A program made the translations under genes and the position numbers. A stretch of 32,000 nucleotides of DNA from Opitutia bacterium KCR 482 (lineage in GTDB: Bacteria; Verrucomicrobiota; Verrucomicrobiia; Opitutales; Intestinicryptomonadaceae), in contig CP149973.1 in the NCBI GenBank assembly GCA_029269845.2, positions 1,080,001 through 1,112,000 of the forward strand, given 5' to 3'. The notes beneath the pieces were generated by a model. The model did no database searches. It was given only the letters and a program-made list of their open reading frames with translations, and was not told the origin of the DNA. Below, one piece after another: positions 5,091 through 12,267 of this stretch; position 1 is the first letter of the stretch; each line of letters begins with the position of its first letter.

Positions 5091-8012
5091 ATGAAAAAAG
5101 CATTCATATTCCTGCAAGCAGCAATCATTTCAAGCGTAGCTTTTGCCGACAACGAAAATTTTGACGGACAAGACGTTAGTGGTCGAAGTTTTAGTGGCTC
5201 ATACGCTAATTCAAGTTGGGTAGGTTCTATCGCAATCGGGACGCGCTTTTCCGACTATTATACTAATAGCGACTATAGTAATTCGGATTTTAGCAACGCC
5301 AATTTGACTGCGGCTACATTTTGGGAAGCTACATTGACTGGGGCGAATTTCACAAATGCGATAATAAAACATGCATATTTTAGCGGTACAACTTCGAAAG
5401 GGTTTACTGAGGCGCAATTAAAATCGACCAAGAGCTATCAGGAAAAAGATTTAGGTAGAATAAACCTTGATGGAAATGATTTAAGTGGATGGGATTTTAG
5501 CGAGCAGAACTTAGAGAGAGCTAGCTTTTATAATGCTACGTTGACAAGTGCGAAATTAAGCAAGGCTAATTTAACTTCGGCAGAATTTAACAGTGCTAAT
5601 TTGGCAGGTGCAGATTTAAGCAATGCTGATTTAACTTCGGCAGATTTTTGCATTGCTAACTTGACTGACGCGAATTTCACCAATGCAAATTTAACTTCGA
5701 CAAACTTTAACAGTGCTAATTTGGCAGGTGCAGATTTAAGCAATGCAAATTTAACTTCGACTACATTTGGGGATGCTGCATTGACTGACGCGAATTTCAC
5801 CAATGCTACAATAAAAGATGCATATTTTACGAATGCTAACTTGACTGGGGCGAATTTTGCGAACACAAATTTAACTTCGGCACATTTTCATGGGGCTACT
5901 TTGACCGGTGCAGATTTAAGCAATGCAAATTTAACTTCGACATATTTAGATTATGTTAACTTGACAAATGCAGATTTAAGCAATGCTGATTTAACTTCGG
6001 CATATTTAGGCGATGCTAACTTGACTGACGCGAATTTCAATAATGCAACAATAAATGGCGCGAATTTTAGCGGTATAAATTCGAAAGGGTTTACTGAGGC
6101 ACAATTAAAATCGACCAAGAGTTATCAGGAAAAAGATTTAAGCGATATAACCTTTAGTCCGTGGGGTAGTGATTTTAGTGGTTGGGATTTTAGCGAACAG
6201 AACTTAGAGAGAGCTAGCTTTTATAATGCTACGTTGACAAGTGCGAAATTAAGCAAGACGAATTTAACTTCGGCAGATTTTAACAGTGCTAATTTGGCAA
6301 GTGCAGATTTCACAAATGCGATAATAAAAGACACAAATTTTAGCAATGCAACTTCATTTACTGAGGAACAATTAAAATCGACCAAGAGCTATCAGGAAAA
6401 AGATTTGAGCGGAATAAAGTTGCTCTATAACGATTTGAGTGGTTGGGATTTTAATGAACAGAACTTAAGCTCTGCTGATTTTTTGGGTGCTACGTTAACG
6501 GGAACAAGTTTTACAAACGCAATAATCAAAGGTGCGCGTTTTTCAAGTATTGCAAAAGATCAGTTGCTATCAACCAAGAGCTATCAAGAAAAAAATCTGG
6601 AAGGAACAAGTTTTTTGCAGTGCGACTTTTCTGGTATTGATTTCAGTAATGCAAACCTAAATTCGGCGAGCTTTTCGTTCACGGCGTTAGCAGGTTCAAA
6701 TTTCAATAATGCTACAATAAATGGCGCGAATTTTAGCGGTACAACTTCGAAAGGGTTTACTGAGGCGCAATTAAAGTCGACCAAGAGCTACCAAGAAAAG
6801 GATTTAGGAAGTATAAGTCTTGGCAATAATGATTTAAATGGCTGGAATTTTAGCGGGCAAAATCTAACATCTGCAAGTTTTGAAAATGCTTCTTTGGCAA
6901 ATGCAGATTTAAGCAATGCTACAATAAATGGCGCGAATTTTAGCGGTACAACGTTGAAGGGTTTTACTGAGGCGCAATTAAAATCAACCAAGAGCTACCA
7001 AGAAAAAAATTTGAGCAGTATAAATCTTGGCAATAACGATTTAAATGGATGGAATTTTAGCGGGCAAAATCTAACATCTGCAAGTTTTGAAAATGCTTCT
7101 TTGGCAAATGCAGATTTAAGCAATGCTACAATAAATGGCGCGAATTTTAGCGGTACAACGTTGAAGGGTTTTACTGAGGCGCAATTAAAATCAACCAAGA
7201 GCTACCAAGAAAAAAATTTGAACAGTATAAATCTTGGCAATAACGATTTAAATGGATGGAATTTTAGCGGGCAGAATCTAACATCTGCCAATTTTGAAAA
7301 TGCTTCTTTGGCAAATGCAGATTTAAGCAATGCTACAATAAATGGCGCGAATTTTAGCGGCGCCGATTTGCGCGGTGCAACGTTTGAAAACATTGTCGGC
7401 GACCCGAATTACAAAAACACGATAATGACGGACGGAACAATCAAGAATTTTCGGATGATGGGCTATAAGGACAATTTGCTTATTCGTAAATATGAAAATT
7501 CTGACGGGAAAACAATTTCCGCGAAGATTTCGGATTACCATAGATTTGCCTCAATTTCTTTTGGGGAGAAGTTGACTCTTGAAAATGGTGCGGCGTTCGA
7601 AATTGCAAACAGAGCAGTTCTGTATGTTGGTTGGCGCGGAATGATTCAAATTGACACTGATTTAAGCGGTTCTACGAAATTCACGGTAGGCAAATATTCC
7701 AGTCTTTATTTTTCGGACGGGGCAACTCTTACTGTAAATATTGTTGAAGAGATATTGTCGAGCGATGTCTACGATGTTGCTGTAATTTCGTTTGCAGATA
7801 GTTCTCGTATTTCCGGATTGGGTGATTTTGTTAAGGGCAAAACGTTATTCCTGACCGTAAACGGAAAGAAATTTAGTGGCGCGTGGGACTACGCGCTTAA
7901 AAGCGACGGATTGTACATTTCACTCAACATTCCCGAGCCTGCGACTTATGCGGTTGTTTTTGGGCTGTTGGCGATGGGGGTTGCGGTAAGGCGCAATTTG
8001 AAAAGGAGATAG
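5091..8012 (+). CDS. Secreted pentapeptide-repeat protein with N-terminal signal peptide and C-terminal PEP-CTERM sorting signal
   Basis: 973-aa ORF. The signal peptide is MKKAFIFLQAAIISSVAFA/DN. There are long runs of A(N/D)LxS/A-type pentapeptides (ANLTSAEFNSANLAGADLSNADLTSADF...). The linker motif FTEAQLKSTKSYQEK(D/N)L and variants occur seven times. The C-terminus IPEPATYAVVFGLLAMGVAVRRNLKRR has the PEP motif, a TM helix and a basic tail. Confidence 0.9.
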   Translation: MKKAFIFLQAAIISSVAFADNENFDGQDVSGRSFSGSYANSSWVGSIAIGTRFSDYYTNSDYSNSDFSNANLTAATFWEATLTGANFTNAIIKHAYFSGTTSKGFTEAQLKSTKSYQEKDLGRINLDGNDLSGWDFSEQNLERASFYNATLTSAKLSKANLTSAEFNSANLAGADLSNADLTSADFCIANLTDANFTNANLTSTNFNSANLAGADLSNANLTSTTFGDAALTDANFTNATIKDAYFTNANLTGANFANTNLTSAHFHGATLTGADLSNANLTSTYLDYVNLTNADLSNADLTSAYLGDANLTDANFNNATINGANFSGINSKGFTEAQLKSTKSYQEKDLSDITFSPWGSDFSGWDFSEQNLERASFYNATLTSAKLSKTNLTSADFNSANLASADFTNAIIKDTNFSNATSFTEEQLKSTKSYQEKDLSGIKLLYNDLSGWDFNEQNLSSADFLGATLTGTSFTNAIIKGARFSSIAKDQLLSTKSYQEKNLEGTSFLQCDFSGIDFSNANLNSASFSFTALAGSNFNNATINGANFSGTTSKGFTEAQLKSTKSYQEKDLGSISLGNNDLNGWNFSGQNLTSASFENASLANADLSNATINGANFSGTTLKGFTEAQLKSTKSYQEKNLSSINLGNNDLNGWNFSGQNLTSASFENASLANADLSNATINGANFSGTTLKGFTEAQLKSTKSYQEKNLNSINLGNNDLNGWNFSGQNLTSANFENASLANADLSNATINGANFSGADLRGATFENIVGDPNYKNTIMTDGTIKNFRMMGYKDNLLIRKYENSDGKTISAKISDYHRFASISFGEKLTLENGAAFEIANRAVLYVGWRGMIQIDTDLSGSTKFTVGKYSSLYFSDGATLTVNIVEEILSSDVYDVAVISFADSSRISGLGDFVKGKTLFLTVNGKKFSGAWDYALKSDGLYISLNIPEPATYAVVFGLLAMGVAVRRNLKRR
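6708..7360 (+). repeat. In-frame tandem repeat, 207-bp unit (69 codons), about 3.15 copies, inside the pentapeptide gene
   Basis: Units begin with aatgctacaataaatggcgcgaattttagcgg at 6708, 6915, 7122 and 7329 (the last is partial). Copies 2 and 3 differ at only a few bases, for example ttgagcagta versus ttgaacagta. More diverged dispersed copies lie at about 5378..5610 and 6065..6300. The mirror-image minus-strand ORFs at 6788, 6995 and 7202 show the same 207-bp period. Confidence 0.9.
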
Positions 8013-8138
8013 AAGCGCAAAGCGAAAAAACTTGGGGCGCGGCTCATTTTGGACTTGCAAAAAATCGGCATATGCAATTTATTTCGGGCTTGCAAGGGGA
8101 ATTGATATTGCCGCCCTTGCGCTTCTACTTTATACAAC

Positions 8139-8852
8139 ATGACAACTATGAAAAACATAAAAAAATCAAAAGGTTTCACGCTCGTCGAGCTGCTCATCGT
8201 TATCGCCATTATCGGCGTTCTCGCCAGCTTGATTTATCCCGCCCTCTCTCAGGCCATGGGTGCGGGCAGCAAAGTTAAGTCGATGAACAGCGCAAGCAAC
8301 ATCGCAAAAACTTGGCTCTCCTATGTCAAAACGGGCACTAAAACCCGCATCGTAACGGGTCAGACCATCTACGACTGGGCCGCCGCCCTCGCCCGCGGCG
8401 TTGACGACTTCAACGACCCCAAGCTCTGGATTCTCGACTTCGACCTCCCCGTTATCGAAAAAATTTCCTCGGGCGCGGCTATGCCCAAGTTTGTTATCGA
8501 CCGCAAAGGCTCGAACACAAGGCTTGACCCCGAATTCAAAAGCTTCCCCATCAGCTGGGCCGTCGCAAACCGCACAGACCCCAACGCGCCCTCGGGCACT
8601 CCCCTCGTCTGGACGCGCGGCTTGAAGCCCAACGGCGAGTGGGACGCCAACGAAGGCGTGTTCAAGCGCGAGGGCGGCCACATTGCCTACACCGACGCGC
8701 ACGTCGAATGGTACACTTCCCTCCGCGACGAAAACACGGGCCAGGGGCTCTTGACGGTCTACGGCGAAACGTCGAGAACGTTCAACATTGCGCAGGCAAT
8801 CCGCGGCGGCTCGGGCAACATTCTCAAAAGCTCGGTAGGTTTCGAAGAATAA
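8139..8852 (+). CDS. Prepilin-type N-terminal cleavage/methylation domain protein (type II secretion / type IV pilin-like pseudopilin)
   Basis: KGFTLVELLIVIAIIGVLASL is the canonical prepilin peptidase motif (G/FTLxE) followed by a hydrophobic helix. The C-terminal GGHIAYTDAHVEW resembles the conserved GG-x5-DGHV end of the PVC-group prepilin-like families. The start could also be ATG 8148. Confidence 0.85.
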   Translation: MTTMKNIKKSKGFTLVELLIVIAIIGVLASLIYPALSQAMGAGSKVKSMNSASNIAKTWLSYVKTGTKTRIVTGQTIYDWAAALARGVDDFNDPKLWILDFDLPVIEKISSGAAMPKFVIDRKGSNTRLDPEFKSFPISWAVANRTDPNAPSGTPLVWTRGLKPNGEWDANEGVFKREGGHIAYTDAHVEWYTSLRDENTGQGLLTVYGETSRTFNIAQAIRGGSGNILKSSVGFEE

Positions 8853-8889
8853 CCTCGGGCAGATTATAATCATTTTTTATCTCCTTGCG

Positions 8890-8923
8890 CGGACGCGTCC
8901 ATTCGGGCGCGTCCGTTTCTTTT
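8890..8923 (+). terminator. Rho-independent terminator after the prepilin-like gene
   Basis: The stem cggacgcg (8890..8897) pairs with cgcgtccg (8908..8915). The loop is 10 nt. It is followed by tttctttt. Confidence 0.55.
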
Positions 8924-9139
8924 GCAAGAAAGCGCGGGTAGCAGACGAGCAACTTGCCTTTGGCAAGCAGAAATTGCGAACTGAGTTGGAACGAAGTCGC
9001 AAATTCAATAAATCTTGGGCAAATAATAATTTCCCAAAATATTCTTGCAAATTCGGGGCGGAGTGCTTTTACTATATTATAACAAAAGCCTGTTTGGGCA
9101 TATTTAATTTCAAACCCAAAAATTATCTACTAAACAGCA

Positions 9140-10591
9140 ATGAAGAAAACAGCTACAATCCTACTCGGTTCGCTCTGCGCCCTCTGCGCGCAAGCTGCGG
9201 ACAACATCTACGGCGGTGCCGATTACGAAAAACGCACGACAATTAAGGGTGAAGACGTAGTCCTCAACCCGAATCAAGCATCTCCGACCGCAGAAGCGTT
9301 CTTCGGGAACAAAGACCAAGACAATACAATCAGGTCTCTCACGACAAATGGTTCGCCAAGCAAGTGGAACTGCGCGTTCGGGCTTATTATCGACATCAAA
9401 TCGACTGCCGACACTTTCGATGCCTTCTACAACAACGGCACAATGTCGTGGAATGGCGCATACACCAAAAGCCTTGTATTCCAAAACTCAGCAGGCAACA
9501 GCACATACGCCAACATCGATTTGGGTACGTTCTCAATGCAGACCAACAACCTTAGTGAAACTGGCAGATTGAAAATTCTCACAAACGCAAACGTTACGGG
9601 CACGTCGTTCACGGCAACCAACAATGTACAGTTGATTATTGACAACAACTCGACTGTCACCTACCAGATGAGCGGAGCGACGACGTTCAACAATACTTCG
9701 CTCCTCCAAATCGGAAGCGGCTCGACGTTAAACGCCACAAATTCGACGTTTTCGTTCAATGGCGCTAATACCAAGGCTATAATCAACGGCGTCTTCAACT
9801 ACGTTGCCACAAACGGAATCAACCTGAAGCTTAGAAACGCCACAATTTCGGGCGCGGGCGCAAAAGTTATTGCAACCGAAGTCAAGAGCGGCACGGCAAA
9901 CGCGAACTCGCAAATCTACTTTGACGGCGAAAACATCGTTTCGGACGGTGCAAGCATTGAAGCGACAGGCGCACTCAGGCTCAATGGTGGCAGCAGGCTG
10001 GTAATTGACGACACCGCCGGCGAAATCAAGCTTACGAAGACGCTTGCAAGCGGCATATTATACTGGGGCAGAGTTCTCTTTGCTGGCAACGGCGAACTTA
10101 TTGTCAACAAGAAAAACGCGTTCACCACAGACAACACAAAGGGTTTTGCACAGCTGACGAACGTCGGCGGTCTAAGCAGCCCCAACAAGCTCACTGTTGC
10201 CGCCGACAACAACTTTGAAGGCGTATACTTCCAAGACTCATCGAGAATGGAAATCACGGTAATCGACGGAGTGAAAGCAAACTTCAATACCGTCGGCAGA
10301 AACGCAAGCAAAGACACAACCTCATCGCCTGTTCTCGCAGAACTCCACTTCGCCGATTTTGTTGAAGGCACAATCTTCTTCGACGAAAACGCTTGGTGGA
10401 ATGACGAAAAGCTCACGGTGACCGCAAACGACGGCTCGAACAGCTACACAAAAGACCAGCTCGCGCTCGTGGAAGTCAATTCCGAATACGGCAAATACGC
10501 GCTCCGCTTCCAAATCCCCGAACCCTCGACGTACGCGGCGATTTTCGGCGCAATCGCGCTGGGCTTGGCGGCATACCGCAGACGCAAATAA
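9140..10591 (+). CDS. Secreted PEP-CTERM-anchored protein of unknown function (Asn/Thr/Gly-rich, probably beta-helical)
   Basis: 483-aa ORF. The signal peptide is MKKTATILLGSLCALCAQA. The C-terminus is IPEPSTYAAIFGAIALGLAAYRRRK (PEP-CTERM). The body is rich in N/T/G/S repeats similar to autotransporter passenger domains. Confidence 0.85.
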   Translation: MKKTATILLGSLCALCAQAADNIYGGADYEKRTTIKGEDVVLNPNQASPTAEAFFGNKDQDNTIRSLTTNGSPSKWNCAFGLIIDIKSTADTFDAFYNNGTMSWNGAYTKSLVFQNSAGNSTYANIDLGTFSMQTNNLSETGRLKILTNANVTGTSFTATNNVQLIIDNNSTVTYQMSGATTFNNTSLLQIGSGSTLNATNSTFSFNGANTKAIINGVFNYVATNGINLKLRNATISGAGAKVIATEVKSGTANANSQIYFDGENIVSDGASIEATGALRLNGGSRLVIDDTAGEIKLTKTLASGILYWGRVLFAGNGELIVNKKNAFTTDNTKGFAQLTNVGGLSSPNKLTVAADNNFEGVYFQDSSRMEITVIDGVKANFNTVGRNASKDTTSSPVLAELHFADFVEGTIFFDENAWWNDEKLTVTANDGSNSYTKDQLALVEVNSEYGKYALRFQIPEPSTYAAIFGAIALGLAAYRRRK

Positions 10592-10606
10592 GCGCAAAAT
10601 TTCAAA

Positions 10607-10638
10607 ACAAAACCGCTCCTAATTGGGGCGGTTTTTTT
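10607..10638 (+). terminator. Rho-independent terminator after the PEP-CTERM gene
   Basis: The stem aaccgctcc (10611..10619) pairs with ggggcggtt (10625..10633), including one G-U pair. The loop is 5 nt. It is followed by a T-run up to 10638. Confidence 0.6.
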
Positions 10639-10687
10639 GTGTAAGAATAAAAAAACCGCCAACGCATTTTACCCGCCCCGCGCAAAC

Positions 10688-10724
10688 AAAAAGCCCATGC
10701 AGAGTGTCCGCGCGGGCTTTTTAT
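10688..10724 (-). terminator. Terminator for the convergent rhaB-like gene (hairpin usable on both strands)
   Basis: The stem aaagccc (10690..10696) pairs with gggcttt (10714..10720). On the minus strand it is followed by tttttgtttg. It lies 23 nt past the stop at 10747. Confidence 0.5.
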
Positions 10725-10746
10725 TCGGCTTGTAACGACCGCAATT

Positions 10747-12222
10747 TTAGAGGAAGCGTTCCTTGAATTTGCCGAGCGCGTCAGCCCAAAGTTGGGCATC
10801 GACTTTCGACGGCTCGAAAATCTTGGGTTCGCAGCTTGCCGAAATCACGGCGCGAGCCTGCGCCAGATTCGAAACTACGCCGTCTGCTTTCATCTGCATA
10901 GCGACATTGCCGAGCGCGGTAGATTCGGTCGGGCCGGCGAGAATCGTGCGGCCCGTGGCGTTTGCGGTAAAGGCGTTCAGCACGGCGTCTTTCGAGCCGC
11001 CGCCCATGACGTTGATTTCCGAGACTTTCACGCCCGCAAGCTTTTCGATGGTCTCGAAAACGCACGCGTATTTGAGCGCGATGCTCTCCTGAATGGCGCG
11101 GAAAATGCGTCCGTGGGTGTCGGGCACGGGCTGCGACGTTTTACGGGCGAATTCGGCGATTGCCGCAGGCATGTCGTCGGGCATGACGAAATCGGACGCG
11201 TCGGGGTTGAGCAGCGTGCGCATGGGCCGGCTTTCCGAAGCCTCCTTTTCAAGCTCGGAGTACGGTTTGTCGCAGCCGCGGGCTTTCCAGACTTCCTTCG
11301 ATTTCTGAACAAGCCACATGCCCGTTACGTTTTTGAGGAAGCGGATTGTGTTTTCCGCGCCGACTTCGTTTGTGAAATTTTCGGCAAATGACGCGTCGGT
11401 CGCAATCGGCGAGGGAATTTCGACTCCGGGGAGCGACCACGTTCCGCTGTTAATGTAGGCTGGAAGCGCGGTGCGCGCGGGCGTTGCGGCGACGGCGGAG
11501 GCGGTGTCGTGGCTTGCCACCGCCACTACCTTCAAGTCGCCGAGTTCGCCGCGCAGATTTTGGCGCAAAGCGCCGATTGTGTCGCCGCATTCGGCGAATC
11601 CGTTTTTGAAAATCCCCGCGGGCGCGCCGATTTTCCCGAGAATCTCCGCCGACCAGCCGCGCTTGAACGGGTTGTACATCTGTGTGGTGGAGGCGTTCGT
11701 GCGCTCGTTTACCTTCACGCCCGTGAGCATGAACGCAAGGAGGTCTGGCATCATGAGAAATGTTTTTGCCCTGCCGATGTTGCCGCCCTTTTCGAGCTCC
11801 GCCGCAATTTGGAAGACGGTGTTGAAGAACATGAACTGAATGCCCGTCTGCGAGTAGATTTCCTTTTTGGAGATTTTCGCGAACACAGAATCCATCATGC
11901 CGTCGGTGCGCGAATCGCGGTAGATGTAGGGCATGTTGAGGAGCTTGTCGGATTCGTCGAGCAGCCCGTAGTCAACCCCCCAAGTGTCGATGCCGAGCGA
12001 TACGATTGCGTCGCCGTAAAGCGAGCGCGCCTTTTTGACTGCGGAGACGATTTCGCCGAAAATCGCCTCGACGTCCCAGTGGAACGAGTTTCCGATTTTC
12101 ACGGGCGCGCTCGCCCAGCGCGAAACCTCTTCGAGCTTGATTGTCTTGGAGTCGAAACGCCCCGCCATCAGCCTGCCGCTGCCCGCGCCCAAATCGACCG
12201 CCAAATATACTTTGTCCGCCAT
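10747..12222 (-). CDS. rhaB: Rhamnulokinase (FGGY carbohydrate kinase family)
   Basis: 491 aa. Several blocks match my recollection of E. coli RhaB: AVDLGAGSGRLM, GIDTWGVDYGLLD, YRDSRTDGMM, IYSQTGIQFMFFNT, VVAVASHDTASAVAA and SGTWSL. Confidence 0.85.
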   Translation of the reverse strand: MADKVYLAVDLGAGSGRLMAGRFDSKTIKLEEVSRWASAPVKIGNSFHWDVEAIFGEIVSAVKKARSLYGDAIVSLGIDTWGVDYGLLDESDKLLNMPYIYRDSRTDGMMDSVFAKISKKEIYSQTGIQFMFFNTVFQIAAELEKGGNIGRAKTFLMMPDLLAFMLTGVKVNERTNASTTQMYNPFKRGWSAEILGKIGAPAGIFKNGFAECGDTIGALRQNLRGELGDLKVVAVASHDTASAVAATPARTALPAYINSGTWSLPGVEIPSPIATDASFAENFTNEVGAENTIRFLKNVTGMWLVQKSKEVWKARGCDKPYSELEKEASESRPMRTLLNPDASDFVMPDDMPAAIAEFARKTSQPVPDTHGRIFRAIQESIALKYACVFETIEKLAGVKVSEINVMGGGSKDAVLNAFTANATGRTILAGPTESTALGNVAMQMKADGVVSNLAQARAVISASCEPKIFEPSKVDAQLWADALGKFKERFL

Positions 12223-12267
12223 ATTATTTCCTGTCTGTTTTTGTTAAAATTTGATTCCGCGCCGCCG

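Larger units (their letters stand above)
3746..8012. mobile_element. Possible horizontally acquired islet: recombinase gene plus a strongly AT-rich surface-protein gene. Boundaries not defined.
   Basis: Hand-counted GC of 60-nt lines is 38% (5581..5640) and 33% (7021..7080). Lines in neighbouring genes give 58% (3001), 52% (12301) and 63% (20401). An integrase-family gene is adjacent. I found no flanking direct repeats and no tRNA. Confidence 0.3.

Noticed and set aside
6584-7393. Series of 63-67-aa minus-strand ORFs (also 5528..5866), and the possibility that the 207-bp periodic repeat is a CRISPR-like array
   Set aside because: These ORFs are mirror frames of the in-frame tandem repeat inside the pentapeptide gene. 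The repeats are contiguous with no unique spacers, the 207-bp unit is far longer than a CRISPR repeat, and no cas genes are present.
8974-9246. 90-aa ORF in the AT-rich spacer upstream of, and overlapping, the 9140 gene
   Set aside because: It overlaps the well-supported PEP-CTERM gene start in another frame. Its composition is low-complexity and intergenic-like, and it has no motif support.
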